The notes under the pieces were generated by a model, which worked only from the letters and a program-made list of their open reading frames with translations, was not told the DNA's origin and did no database searches. Source: Methanobacteriota archaeon (lineage in GTDB: Archaea; Halobacteriota; Bog-38; Methanoflorentales; Methanoflorentaceae). From it: a DNA stretch of 64,000 nt. A program made the translations under genes and the position numbers. Location of the stretch: contig OY970393.1 in NCBI GenBank assembly GCA_963720465.1, forward strand, positions 800,001 through 864,000, given 5' to 3'. Positions 1 through 10,727 of this stretch are shown in pieces (position 1 is the first letter of the stretch; the number at the start of each line of letters is the position of its first letter).

Positions 1-1148
1 ACGCTGCTTATGGTAACCACTTTCGCCCCACTCGTGCCAACGGAGCCTGCGAGCGAAGCGTAGGACTCATCGACTACCACGATCACTGCCGCGATTGCAA
101 AAAAGAACGCAATCTGCCAGCTGAAGGGGTAGCGACTTCCATAAAAAATGAATGCGACAAACTCCAAAAAAACTATTGAGGGCACAAGCGCGACGGCCAA
201 GTACGGCACTGCCCTATTTATCTTGCGAAAGAGCGCCTCCCTATCGCTGCTCTTTGACGCATAGGGAAAGAAGCTTGTGTTAAAAATACCCCACAGCATG
301 AGGGCTACGGTTATGGACGGCAGGAAGTACGCGTTGTAGATGCCGACGTTCGCTGTCGTCGTGAATGCATTGATCAGCAATCTGTCGACGCCCAGAAATG
401 CGGCTGCGAAAGCACCGGGAGCAGCGAAGAGCGAGTAGTTGATTATTTTCTTCGCCCAAAACCGGTCAAATTGAAGCCTCAGGTAGGTGCGAAGGTACAC
501 GACCAAGATGAGGCCAATGACCGCGTACGAGACATACGATGAGTACGCAGCTACCTGCCACGACCTCATATCGTCGCTCACAAGTGTGAGAAACACGGCG
601 AGCAATATGACTGATTGAAAAGCATTAGCAAGGGCGTATGCCTTCATTCTTGATAGGATTCTGAGAGGGCTCATCATGAGCGCAAAAAACGCAGAGATAA
701 CGGCGTACGCGATCGAGAAGAGGAATAGTGCCGAAGAAATCCCGAACAGCCGGGATAATTGCGGGGTGAGTAGAACGTAGATGGCCGTGAGAGCGGCAGT
801 GAGCAATGCGATTTGAATGCTGGAAGTGGAGATGATTCGAACCCGAATGGCATCGTTTTGCGCCCCTGAAGCGTATTTTATCATCGGCGCCATACTTAGC
901 CCCATAAGCACGGCGAGGATAACACTCACCGTCACGATGATGCTGAAGCTGCCGAACTCGCCTGGGCCCAGTGCGCGTGCCGCTACAATGCTGAATACAA
1001 GCGTCACTAGTGCTCCGGCAAGCGTGCCGACCGCCACCTGCGAGGTGCTCACGAAGAACCTTTGAGCTTCGCGGCCCATCTCTTCCTTGAAGATAAGTCC
1101 GTAGGGCGCGCTGAGCAGACGATAGCCGAATTGCCTAAGGTTTGCCAC
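1..1148 (-). CDS. Wzx-like oligosaccharide/polysaccharide flippase (MOP superfamily), runs off window start
   Basis: Hand translation of minus strand from GTG 1148/ATG 1079: ...VFSIVAARALGPGEFGSFSII..., VDRLLINAFTTTANVGIYN; many hydrophobic helices. Confidence 0.85.
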   Translation of the reverse strand, partial: MANLRQFGYRLLSAPYGLIFKEEMGREAQRFFVSTSQVAVGTLAGALVTLVFSIVAARALGPGEFGSFSIIVTVSVILAVLMGLSMAPMIKYASGAQNDAIRVRIISTSSIQIALLTAALTAIYVLLTPQLSRLFGISSALFLFSIAYAVISAFFALMMSPLRILSRMKAYALANAFQSVILLAVFLTLVSDDMRSWQVAAYSSYVSYAVIGLILVVYLRTYLRLQFDRFWAKKIINYSLFAAPGAFAAAFLGVDRLLINAFTTTANVGIYNAYFLPSITVALMLWGIFNTSFFPYASKSSDREALFRKINRAVPYLAVALVPSIVFLEFVAFIFYGSRYPFSWQIAFFFAIAAVIVVVDESYASLAGSVGTSGAKVVTISS

Positions 1149-1423
1149 GAGTGGAACCGAGACAGAATTGGCTTTGTTTGGTATATAATTTGAGCAGCAT
1201 CGACTCTTCAAGACTAGCAAACACTATTATTTGACATGGGCAATCTCGTCAAAGTAGCCTCTCTCGTGCATGCCCTCCCATTCTCCCGCGTGCCAGCGCA
1301 TTCGTCTGACGGCTAGAATCTTTATCTGTTGCCCTTCACGATCACTGCAACGCTCGCTCATGTCCGTGCCGCATAGCGAATAACTGGACGCACGCTGCCT
1401 TCTGCATTACAATGCGTTAGTGC

Positions 1424-1812
1424 CTAGATCACGTGCAGCCCGAGAGAGAAGACCCCTGGGTATTCGAGCGTACCCGTTATGAAGAGACAATCGCCCTTGC
1501 TGGGGACGCCGGAAGCGATGAACGCAGCACCCAAGTAGCCAGACCGGGCGTATTGGAGCAAGTATGTCGCGCCGGGCATCATCCCGTGGTCATAGCAGAC
1601 GCACACGAAGTGACCGTTATAGGTGTCAACGATTATTATGCCGCCGACTTTGCCATCTGGAGCGATAACGGTGAAAATGGAAATGGGCGATTTGCTTGCC
1701 TGCACTCTTTTGGGGCGACCGGCACAGCACCCGCAGGGATCGCACCAACGGTGGTTACCAGCAGTAGACACACGATGCCTGCCAGTGCTGCGGTTCTCAT
1801 CTTAATTCTCAT
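1424..1812 (-). pseudogene. Secreted hypothetical protein with a frameshift after the signal peptide (or sequencing indel)
   Basis: MRIKMRTAALAGIVCLLLVTTVGAIPAGAVPVAP signal-like segment in one frame; body (KRVQASKSPISIFTVIAPDG...) in another; junction at CCCCAAAAG near 1707-1715. Confidence 0.5.
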
Positions 1813-2189
1813 ATGCTTGCATCTCCGTTCGTCGTTTTTGAAACCGATTAGTGTAGGCTGTTATCAGATAAAGATTGCCCTTTTTGAAGCGCCTTATGTA
1901 CAGTGCCGAACGCGGGAGATTCAGCGTGAATCGCAATGGCTATGTTTAACGATTGTTCGGCAGTGCGTGTAACGATTTGCCGGTCTAAAAACTGACAGCG
2001 ACAGGCAAAGCGCAAATTGGTGAGGGATAATTTTGATGAGCAAGGTTGTGCGCGTTCTGCGTGCCGCTCCCCGATTCTGGTTCTAATCCCAGGGTCGCTA
2101 ACTCGACGATGTCAACGTTGATGCTCGTTCTTCCTTCTAGCAGGTGAAGGAAACGAGCACGCAAAACCAATGTGAGTATCTCGCAACGC

Positions 2190-2822
2190 CTATAACGTTG
2201 GGATGCGACGCGCGAGTTCGGCCCAGTCGCTGCCGACGGCCTTTTTGATGAGTTCCTTTGCTTCGGCGAAGGCAGGTGCCGGCATCACCATCTGCCAGAT
2301 ACGGGTCATGTTCTCACGATCGTCCTGTCCCATCAGCGGGAACATCCACGCCACCACTTCCGGGAACCGCTCCTGGGGAATCTCGCCGGCCATGATACCA
2401 ACCGCCTTCTCTTGCTCGGGCATAGGAACTCGTTCCCTGACAATCCGATAGAGGTGCGTATCTTCCTTGTTTAAGTGCATGTTAAGGTGAAAGCGAAATG
2501 CGGCGGTGGCCCTGGCGGTTCTTAATGGGTCATGCGCAGAATACGACGTATTCAACTCATCAAATGCCGCGTCCAAACCACGGTGGTCTTTCATATAGGC
2601 TTCAGCAACTAAAGGGGCGACTTTCTCGAGTGCCGGAAAGACGGCCAACTCTTCGCCGTGGGCGTGCCAGACCAATACTTCGTTGAACAACCAGAAACGC
2701 TCGACTGTGGCGTCAAGACCCTCCTTTCCCCGTGCTGAGCCCAACGCTGCAGCATCGATATGCTCCATGTCATTCCTGAACGCATTGTGAATGGCTAGTA
2801 TTGCATCTACAGGTTCTACCAT
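2190..2822 (-). CDS. Hemerythrin/HHE cation-binding domain protein
   Basis: HNAFR...HAHGEELAVFP...DHRGL...HLNKEDTHLY motif pattern; likely start MVEPVDAIL. Confidence 0.85.
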   Translation of the reverse strand: MVEPVDAILAIHNAFRNDMEHIDAAALGSARGKEGLDATVERFWLFNEVLVWHAHGEELAVFPALEKVAPLVAEAYMKDHRGLDAAFDELNTSYSAHDPLRTARATAAFRFHLNMHLNKEDTHLYRIVRERVPMPEQEKAVGIMAGEIPQERFPEVVAWMFPLMGQDDRENMTRIWQMVMPAPAFAEAKELIKKAVGSDWAELARRIPTL

Positions 2823-3497
2823 GACAATTCCCTCCGTGTTTTGGTTACAAAACATTACCTGTCTGAACAGGTAGATCCGATTCCCCACACTGAAACGTGA
2901 ACGTACGAGGTGTTGGCGAGAGTACTTTTTCTTGGCACGCCTGGGCCACGATAACACAGCATGTTCCTTTTCCCAATTCCGTAGCTCCTAGCTCATTATT
3001 TCTTGTGCCGTGGCGGATAATACAGTAAGAGCTATTACAGCCAGCCTGGAAGCACCCCAAAATACAGCCCTATGCCCCAAATGAAAAGAATCAGCACGAA
3101 ACCCAGCACGATTGCGTTCATCGCTTTTATCGACCTGTGATTCATCCCGACGTAGGTAATAGGCATACGTACTCTTGTTATCGCATCCGCTTGTCATAAT
3201 CCTGTGGGACGAACAAATGCAACAAACGCCTATCTTAACGAGCGAAACCCATTCGACTGCGCACAGCAGAATACTTATCTCGACCGCGGGAGCGCACTAC
3301 GTCCCTTGTCATCCGACCGACGTCCAAGCCGCACGTGCACGACATAGGTATCCCACCACAGAGGGCTTCCCTTACCTCAGCCGCCATCAGTTCGTCCGGT
3401 CATGCTGAGCAACTCGTGAATCTTATAGCGAGACTCGACAACTGCCTAAAAAGCAGGATAACAACTATAAACACAAAGACTGACGTACCAGATTATT

Positions 3498-3980
3498 ATG
3501 TCGATAGAGGAGAACAAAGCAGCCGTCCGCCACTTTTGGCAGGACCACTTGAACAAAGGTAACGCGACGATGTGCGAGAAGGACTTCGCTCCCGACGCCG
3601 TCAACCACGACCCAAGCAGCCCCGCGGTTCCGCCTGGCCCCGAGGGCATCGGACAGCTCATCACACTGTACCGCACCGCGTTTCCCGATCTCACCGCGAC
3701 CGTTGAGGACGTGATCGCCGAAGGCGACAAGGTCGCCTGCCGCCTTACGTTTCGCGGCACACACCAAGGTGAGCTCATGGGGATGCCAGCGACCGGAAAG
3801 CACGTGACCTACACGGGAATCGGCATCGACACGGTTGTCAATGGGACAATCATGGAGATGTGGCTCAATTTTGACGCTCTTGGGTTGTTGCAGCAGGTGG
3901 GAGCAGTCCCCTCGCCTGGGGCGATGGCAAAGAAGGCAGAATACTACTATAAGGGAAAAGAGGTCAAAGGACAGAAGTAG
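3498..3980 (+). CDS. SnoaL-like ester cyclase (NTF2 fold)
   Basis: MSIEENKAAVRHF...AFPDL...IAEGDKV...GTHQGELMGMPATGK. Confidence 0.9.
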   Translation: MSIEENKAAVRHFWQDHLNKGNATMCEKDFAPDAVNHDPSSPAVPPGPEGIGQLITLYRTAFPDLTATVEDVIAEGDKVACRLTFRGTHQGELMGMPATGKHVTYTGIGIDTVVNGTIMEMWLNFDALGLLQQVGAVPSPGAMAKKAEYYYKGKEVKGQK

Positions 3981-4258
3981 GGATCAGCATTACGGTTCCC
4001 AAATCTCCTCTTTCATTACTCCGTCCTCCATTTTTATGAAGCGAATGTCCGGCTGAAAGGGTGCTTAGAAGACCTGGGCTTGAGAGCGTTTCGTGTCGTC
4101 GACTTGCTGCCTCATCTACGTTAACCTAGAAGTTGGACACGTCATCCGGCCCGTCGTCAAACGCAAGAACGTCATGCGGACTGCTCTCGTCGTGTGACTG
4201 ATCGCTATCGCTTTCGGCATTAACATTTATCTCACAGTCTACTACGGGTGAGCAGATC

Positions 4259-5173
4259 ATGACCAAAACAGTCGACCCAGCTGTAGCTTATAGAGATTCA
4301 TCATCAGGATTCAACGTGCTAAACGAGCATATCCCTTCTTTGGCACACACCGCATTATCGGAGCGTTTATGCATCTCGCTACGAGCGCCGAGCAGCAATG
4401 GCCCATATACAACAAGCAAAATACAGAAAGGGCCAGTGCTCGTGCGCGGATCTGCTGACTTGTCTGGAGAAGGCGTTGGGCTAGGCGTGCCCGTCGCTAA
4501 GTTCGCGCATCGTGTCGTTTTTCCGGGAAAAGCGTGTCTAGTCGAGCAACGAAAGGACAATCACCTTTGTACGTGGGTTGTGGACTACGAACTCAACTTA
4601 GAAGAGCTGGTAACATTCAAAAGTGGTAAGAGCATTCGAAATGAGAACTTCTACCGGCTTAAGGAATGGTTCGCAGGCCTGCACAAAGCAATCCCTATCT
4701 CACGCGGTCTTGTAGAACGCGGTAACCGAGCGGTTCGGTTCACGTGGAGACTGACCACGACGTTCGAAACGACGCCTTCTGCTGGAAGCGTACGAGTTTC
4801 TTACACCGTCGACCGTGGCGAAGGCGTACTCCACATCAGCGTTGACGCAAGCCGCCTGGGCAAGACCAGATGCACGGAAGTGATCCTTCTTAACGAGCAA
4901 GATGGGAGCCTCTTCGATCGCTACAGCGATTCCAACGGCGTAGAGCTCGTCGGCAAGGAAATTGGAACGTGGGAAGAGACCGGTGCCGATTCGGTAACGC
5001 TCAGCGACTCCCGTCATAACATCACCCTCGCGCTTCGGAGCGTCGCTCAGTCCACGATGTACCGGGGAAGAGAAGTGGCGCCAGGACGGCTCTCCTGGAC
5101 GGGTGTCGCTTACGTCATCTCGCCACGCTGCGTCGACTTTGACTATGATATCACGATTCGCGAGGCAATATGA
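4259..5173 (+). CDS. Hypothetical protein translationally coupled to a radical SAM gene
   Basis: 304-aa ORF; ATGA stop/start overlap with the gene at 5170. Confidence 0.7.
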   Translation: MTKTVDPAVAYRDSSSGFNVLNEHIPSLAHTALSERLCISLRAPSSNGPYTTSKIQKGPVLVRGSADLSGEGVGLGVPVAKFAHRVVFPGKACLVEQRKDNHLCTWVVDYELNLEELVTFKSGKSIRNENFYRLKEWFAGLHKAIPISRGLVERGNRAVRFTWRLTTTFETTPSAGSVRVSYTVDRGEGVLHISVDASRLGKTRCTEVILLNEQDGSLFDRYSDSNGVELVGKEIGTWEETGADSVTLSDSRHNITLALRSVAQSTMYRGREVAPGRLSWTGVAYVISPRCVDFDYDITIREAI

Positions 5174-6552
5174 CGCGCGTTCTCCTCATTTATCCGTATT
5201 TCAAACCAAAGAACAGTCGGTCGATATTTCGTTTCCCCCCACTGGGGATCTGTTACGTTGCCGCAAGTCTGCAGCAAGCTGGACACGATGTGGATATTCT
5301 GGATTGCACCTTCAAGACGCAGAAAGCAGCGCTTGAACAAGCGGCTCGCGCCGACGCCGAAGTTGTAGGGATTTACAGTATGATCACGATGCGAGAAGAG
5401 AGCATTTTGTTCGCACAGCATCTGCGCTCCCGCACAAAGCTGCTCGTGGCAGGTGGTCCTCTCCCATCGTGTGACCCTACAGCGTTTTTAGATGATTTCG
5501 ACGTGGTCATTGTAGGAGAGGGAGAGCGCACCATGGTCGAGCTCGTGCGTGCGCGTGCTACGGGCGACGCCCTTACTGAAGTCGCGGGGATTGCATATCG
5601 TGACGACCTGAGTGGGGAAGAAAACGCTCGCAGTCACCATGGCCGCGTCGTAGTCACCTCGCCGCGCCCGCTCGCAGCCAATCTTGATCATCTGCCCTTC
5701 CCAGCGCGTGATCTGCTCCCCAACGAGCAGTATATCCAGTATGGACGCCAGAAGTTTGGATATAGCAAGACGACGGTGATGACCACGCGCGGGTGCCCTT
5801 TTCGGTGCGAATTCTGTAGTAACGCCGTCTTCGGAGTCTCGTATCGGGAGCGGTCAGCGGCGAACGTCGTTGACGAAGTAGAACAAGTTCTTTCGTTGGG
5901 CTACGATTACATCCACTTCGCTGACGACGTGTTTACGTTCAACAGAGAGCGTTTGCTCGACATTTGCGCCGAAATCAAAGAGCGGGGGTTATCTTTTGCC
6001 TGGGAGTGCCTGGGCAGGGTAGATTCGATGAGCGACGAGATCGCTTCGGCGATGAAGAGAGCAGGCTGCCGCCGCGTTTTCTTTGGTATAGAATCGGGCA
6101 ATGACGATATTTTAAAGCTGATGAACAAACATATTACCGTTAGGCAAGCGCGGTCTGCGGTAACTTCTGCGCGCGAGGCGGGACTCAATGTCGGCGCATT
6201 CTTTATTGTGTGTTATCCGGGAGAGACGAACGAAACAGTGCTTGACACGCTTCGATTTGCTTCCTCGCTCCCGCTCGATTACCTCTCTTTCACTATGCCG
6301 TATCCACTGCCGAATACGCCGCTCCACGAAAGAATAAAAGAGCGAATCAACAAATCGTGGAGGCCTCCCGAAAGCGGTTTCCTGGCGCACGTGTGCATCT
6401 TTGATGCGGATTTCTCGGAGACCAAGATGAAGTTCGCTATCGTTAAGGGCCAGATCGCCTTCGTGCTGAAAAGGAGGCTCGGAAAACACGCATACGTAGT
6501 GGTAAGACCATTCGAGGCAATAACAGACTTCTTGTTCCAGCGCATGAAGTGA
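5170..6552 (+). CDS. B12-binding domain radical SAM protein
   Basis: PPLGICYVAA, GGPLPS, GEGE, RGCPFRCEFC (CxxxCxxC), GIESG. Confidence 0.93.
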   Translation: MTRVLLIYPYFKPKNSRSIFRFPPLGICYVAASLQQAGHDVDILDCTFKTQKAALEQAARADAEVVGIYSMITMREESILFAQHLRSRTKLLVAGGPLPSCDPTAFLDDFDVVIVGEGERTMVELVRARATGDALTEVAGIAYRDDLSGEENARSHHGRVVVTSPRPLAANLDHLPFPARDLLPNEQYIQYGRQKFGYSKTTVMTTRGCPFRCEFCSNAVFGVSYRERSAANVVDEVEQVLSLGYDYIHFADDVFTFNRERLLDICAEIKERGLSFAWECLGRVDSMSDEIASAMKRAGCRRVFFGIESGNDDILKLMNKHITVRQARSAVTSAREAGLNVGAFFIVCYPGETNETVLDTLRFASSLPLDYLSFTMPYPLPNTPLHERIKERINKSWRPPESGFLAHVCIFDADFSETKMKFAIVKGQIAFVLKRRLGKHAYVVVRPFEAITDFLFQRMK

Positions 6553-6559
6553 CCTCAAG

Positions 6560-6800
6560 CGCAGTGCCGCCACTGCGTCCCGACTCTGCCCCTGATCTCA
6601 AAGTTTTGCGGATCGTTCATTGTACCGCGGGCATTGGCACGGTGATCTCAGGTAATGACGTTGTTTTCATCAGACAGAATATCTGCTGTGGCTGCGTAAT
6701 ATTCCCCGTCCCCGCCGGCAGCCGGGATCATCAGCAGCGGCTGTCCCTGTCCGCGCATTTCGTAGTACAGTTCATCGCGCGTCCAGATTTTCAACTTTCT
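6560..6800 (-). pseudogene. Alpha/beta-hydrolase N-terminal remnant
   Basis: Hand translation ELYYEMRGQGQPLLMIPAAGGDGEYYAATADILSDENNVIT*DHRANARG with internal stop and frameshifts. Confidence 0.65.
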
Positions 6801-7145
6801 TCTACATATAAAGGTCTTGACAGATTGGCCGCCTCACTAGGCAAATCGCACGTGCGCATATGGAGCGAAAATAACCTAGGCACTTCACGTGCTGATTTGT
6901 GCTTATTCGCCGACAGCACGTGAGGCTCTTTTGGCCTCGGAGGTGCGATCCGCCTGTTCATCTATCGTCTATTGTGGAACAGAGCCTCTGCTGTCAAACC
7001 TTCAGAGAACTCGCACAGCTGTAGCTAGACAGAAGTGATATCGCAGTCTCAAGATGGAGAACAGCGGCAGTCATGGTCAAGCCGCGTGAAGTGCTATGTC
7101 GCGCTACTTGTCGTAAAAACAAGGGGAAAAAGGGGGCGCGCCATT

Positions 7146-7388
7146 TCAGCGCTTTAGCCCCGTAAGTCGTTTGTTAACCTTTTCGAGATGAGCATTGAGG
7201 GCGTCTCTATACTCTTCCAGCATTTTGATTTCTTCATCGACATCCATCAATGGCACCGGCGGTTCCATGCTCATTCCCATGCCCATCCCGTGCCCGTGGT
7301 GCCCGTGGTGGTGATGCGTGCCGCAGTTGCAGCCACAGCTGCAGCCACAACCGCAACCCTCAAATGAACAACTATCTTGTCTGCACAT
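7146..7388 (-). CDS. Small Cys/His-rich protein with C-terminal coiled coil (DUF5320-like)
   Basis: CGCGCSCGCNCGTHHHHGHHGHG...EEIKMLEEYRDAL; strong GGAGGTGA RBS upstream. Confidence 0.8.
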   Translation of the reverse strand: MCRQDSCSFEGCGCGCSCGCNCGTHHHHGHHGHGMGMGMSMEPPVPLMDVDEEIKMLEEYRDALNAHLEKVNKRLTGLKR

Positions 7389-7409
7389 GTATCGTTCACC
7401 TCCTTTGCA

Positions 7410-7793
7410 CTACGGCCTAAAACGCCGTTCGTAGAACCCGATTAGATCATCAAAGAGTTGTTTTCTGCGTACAATCGCACTCAGCCCCGCCTTTAGGAAA
7501 GCAGCGCCCGTCTCGGTCACGGTATACACTCTCCTGTCAGGGCCGGAATTTCCTTTCTGCCACGTCGATGCCAGCAACCCCTTCTCCTCCATTCGTCGCA
7601 ACACGGTGTAGATGCCTCTTGGCTCGAGCTTGTGACAGCCGCAGCTTCGTTCGTCGATCTCGTTGAGGAGTTGATAGCCGTACGTCGGCGTTTCATGGAG
7701 GATTCGTAGGATGAGGAACTGTATCCAGCTCCGTTCCGGATATTGCCAACAGTTGCAGCTGCTTTGATTGTACATTGGGCGTACAAACTCCAA
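7410..7793 (-). CDS. PadR family transcriptional regulator
   Basis: ILRILHETPTYGYQL...IYTVLRRMEEKGLL...GPDRRVYTVTETG. Confidence 0.92.
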   Translation of the reverse strand: MEFVRPMYNQSSCNCWQYPERSWIQFLILRILHETPTYGYQLLNEIDERSCGCHKLEPRGIYTVLRRMEEKGLLASTWQKGNSGPDRRVYTVTETGAAFLKAGLSAIVRRKQLFDDLIGFYERRFRP

Positions 7794-7983
7794 ACATATG
7801 CAACATTGTTATATACGGCAATGTTATGTAAACATTCTCAGACTTGTTAAGCGCATAGAGTTAGAGGGATGAAACGAGAACTGTCGAAGTCATTACAGTT
7901 AGCAGATTAAGAAAACGATTCGAACTCCGTCCTTTTTCGACGTATCAAACGCGCGCAGCTCTCCAAGCTCTCCAGCTTAAGCC

Positions 7984-7991
7984 TTTATAAA
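7984..7991 (+). promoter_or_regulatory. Putative archaeal TATA box of the tbp gene
   Basis: TTTATAAA ending 23 nt before the ATG at 8014. Confidence 0.55.
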
Positions 7992-8013
7992 TCAACAGAG
8001 AAAGGGGAAGCGT

Positions 8014-8574
8014 ATGGTTGAACCGCGGGACACTATTAAAATTGTGAATGTGGTTGCATCCACCGGCATCGGACAAGAAATAGACCTCAAGCAAGTAACG
8101 CATGGGTTAGAAGGCGCAGATTATGATCCTAAACGGTTTCCGGGCGTCGTTTACCGCACAAAGGACCCGAAGACCGCTGCGTTACTCTTTCGGTCAGGAA
8201 AAATTGTCTGTACGGGTGCGAAGAGCATCGATGAGGCTCATGAAGGCATTAAAAACGTATTTCAAAGTCTACGAAATATCGGAATCGACGTGAAGGGAAC
8301 GCCGGAGATCACGGTTCAAAACATCGTCGCGTCAGCAGATCTGCACTCAGCTTTGAATTTGAACGCAATTGCCAACGGTCTGGGGCTTGAGAACATTGAG
8401 TACGAACCCGAACAGTTTCCAGGCCTCGTCTACCGGGTATCGGATCCTAAAGTGGTGATTCTTCTCTTTGGTTCCGGCAAACTTGTTATCACCGGCGGGA
8501 AAAAACCCGAAGATATGGTCAGCGCGGTCGATCGAATCGTTACGGAGCTTAAAAGCTTAAGCTTTCTTCGCTGA
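8014..8574 (+). CDS. tbp: TATA-box-binding protein
   Basis: Two TBP repeats: NVVAS...YDPKRFPGVVYR...LLFRSGKIVCTGAKS and NIVAS...YEPEQFPGLVYR...LLFGSGKLVITGGK. Confidence 0.97.
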   Translation: MVEPRDTIKIVNVVASTGIGQEIDLKQVTHGLEGADYDPKRFPGVVYRTKDPKTAALLFRSGKIVCTGAKSIDEAHEGIKNVFQSLRNIGIDVKGTPEITVQNIVASADLHSALNLNAIANGLGLENIEYEPEQFPGLVYRVSDPKVVILLFGSGKLVITGGKKPEDMVSAVDRIVTELKSLSFLR

Positions 8575-8599
8575 ATGATTCTCCCTGAATCAGAGCGCT

Positions 8600-8970
8600 C
8601 AACGCAACGATTGAGGGGGTTGCAAACCGCGTGAAGTTCCAAAAAGCAAGCGCTTCGGCTTACCTTTTGAAGCGGGATCATTCGATGCCGCGGTAAGCAA
8701 TCTGGTCTTTCATGAAGTGAGTGACACCAATGACAAGCGAGAGGTGATCAAGGAGGCATTGCGGGTCGTCAGGGAGGGCGGGGCGTTCGCCTTTTAAGAT
8801 CTGTTCCGGAAGCGTGTGTACGGCGACATCGAGGAGTTGCTCGAAGTAGTCAGGAGTTGGGCTATCGAACGCGTCGACTTTTTTCGAGACCGCTCATTCG
8901 GGCATGGTTCAAGGCGCTGAGGCTTCCCTTTATGCTCGGCACTATTGGCATTCTCTACGGGACAAAATAA
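8600..8970 (+). pseudogene. Class I SAM-dependent methyltransferase C-terminal remnant
   Basis: IEGVANRVKFQKAS..LPFEAGSFDAAVSNLVFHEV...EALRVVREGGAFAF*DLF; internal TAA, frameshifts, no N-terminus. Confidence 0.75.
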
Positions 8971-9134
8971 TACGGCGCACACCCTACTACTTCCGCACCT
9001 ACTACTCCCGCAGCACATTTGACGTCTTTACTGCGCAGCAATTGGCGAACGGCGTTCTCTAACGCGTCTCGTAACCGTATAAAATGTGAATATGACGGGC
9101 ACGAGCACGAATACGAAAAAACTTCCGATTGGAC

Positions 9135-9683
9135 TTATAAAAAAAGCGTGATTGCCATTAAAGCCAAAATTGGCAATGAGAGGTTCGATCGCTTGATCTG
9201 GTCTGCATAGGGCATCACCTTCTCAACTACGAACCCTTTTTTCGAGGCATAATACCAGTTGGCATACCATAAAAGACCTATAATGAGCATGTTTACATCA
9301 AATATGAGTTGCGCAAGCTGGAATTGGCCATATTTGCCGATAATTGACGTGGAAAATGGCACAATGGCAATTGACATTAGCCACAGGATATTTATCCAGA
9401 GAAGCGTGGTGTTGGTGTGTTTTATTATGTAGAATATGTGATGATTCATCCAAAAAACAGCCAGAAGGATGAAGCTGATCACGTAAATGAATATCTGAGG
9501 CAGAATGCTTGTTACGTACGCTCTGAATACAAGGGGAGTTACAACGCCCGTTAGGGTAGGTACTTCAATACTTAAAACCAGCAAAGTCATGGCTATGGCA
9601 AATATCCCATCGGTCAGCGTTTCAATTCTACCCGTAGGAATTTTCGGCGCGGGAATTTCGTGCTCGTGCATCGGCATCTTCAT
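9135..9683 (-). CDS. TMEM175/DUF1211 family potassium channel; last helix apparently frameshifted
   Basis: RIETLTDGIFAIAMTLLVL, FWMNHH, VPFST motifs; FISPIGSFFVFVLVPVIF continues in another frame beyond the homopolymer at about 9139-9145. Confidence 0.88.
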   Translation of the reverse strand: MKMPMHEHEIPAPKIPTGRIETLTDGIFAIAMTLLVLSIEVPTLTGVVTPLVFRAYVTSILPQIFIYVISFILLAVFWMNHHIFYIIKHTNTTLLWINILWLMSIAIVPFSTSIIGKYGQFQLAQLIFDVNMLIIGLLWYANWYYASKKGFVVEKVMPYADQIKRSNLSLPILALMAITLFL

Positions 9684-10357
9684 GCAAATCCTGTTAGCTT
9701 AATCTTGCGGATTTGATGCGACGCGCGGAGGAGACCAACTATAGAAAAATATTCACTACGCGAAGATGCCACTTCAACCATCTAACCTCAATACTTTGCG
9801 CACGTCAGAGATACAAATCGCCCTACGACTTGGAAACTGCCCTATCTATTAAAGGATGGTGGAATAGATACAAAACGTCTTCCAAAGGCCGTGCAAGCTA
9901 TCTTGATCAGCTATCGCGGAGCACGCGTTTCTTCCGTTCCAGAGAAAGCTATTCCCGATGTGGTAAGACTACTTGCGGAAGCTGCAGTAGCAAAGCAGGA
10001 TGCCCCATTAGGGTGAAACGGCAGAAGTGTATGAAATGCTCGCGTTAAAGCAAGTGGAGAGTTCATAGCGTGATAGAATGAGCGTTAGAGAGATCATTAG
10101 CGATTTTGTGTTTATAGCGCTTCTCTTCGCAGACGGGTTGTATCGGAAGTTGCGGGGGCTGCCGCCGCGGATCGACTAATTATAAAAAAGGATAGTATCT
10201 AAGCTATCGAAGAAACGGGGGATAAAAATCACGCGATGCGGACTAGGATTGCGAGAGATCGTTGACCGATATATCGACCGCAAAATCCAAAGATATATCG
10301 ACCATTAAACCCGTTCGAACGAACCCAAGCAGGAAAAAAAAAGGAGGTGAGCGTAAA

Positions 10358-10504
10358 ATGATAGTGCCTAAATCCATAATGTTTGTCAAAAATTGTGGCA
10401 GTTATAAGACTGGCGACGGCTTGAAACTCGATAGCGCGGACGCGGCTACATTCGTAGCCGCAGGGTACGCTGTATATCGTGAAGATGATCATGAAGGTCA
10501 ATAA
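10358..10504 (+). CDS. Small hypothetical protein (48 aa)
   Basis: AAGGAGGTGA RBS, then MIVPKSIMFVKNCGSYKTGDGLKLDSADAATFVAAGYAVYREDDHEGQ. Confidence 0.6.
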   Translation: MIVPKSIMFVKNCGSYKTGDGLKLDSADAATFVAAGYAVYREDDHEGQ

Positions 10505-10727
10505 TGACTAGTGGATAAGGGCGTCTTTTAAGGAATTGGAGGGCGCTCAAAGCTTCTTTTTCCCCATTCTCCTTCTCAGTACTAACAAACAGGCACACGG
10601 CAACTTTAAGTTGTTCGCAAGTGCCATACCATTGGAATTTCGAACGACCGACCTTTGCTCCCTTTTTTTGAGCCGCTCGTATGGGGGGGGGCAGTTCGTC
10701 GAATCGATGGCGCGTAAGGTAATGAGT

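Noticed and set aside
9790-10017. Fragment WKLPYLLKDGGIDTKRLPKAVQAIL...
   Set aside because: Looks like a gene remnant but has no start, and I cannot assign a family with confidence.
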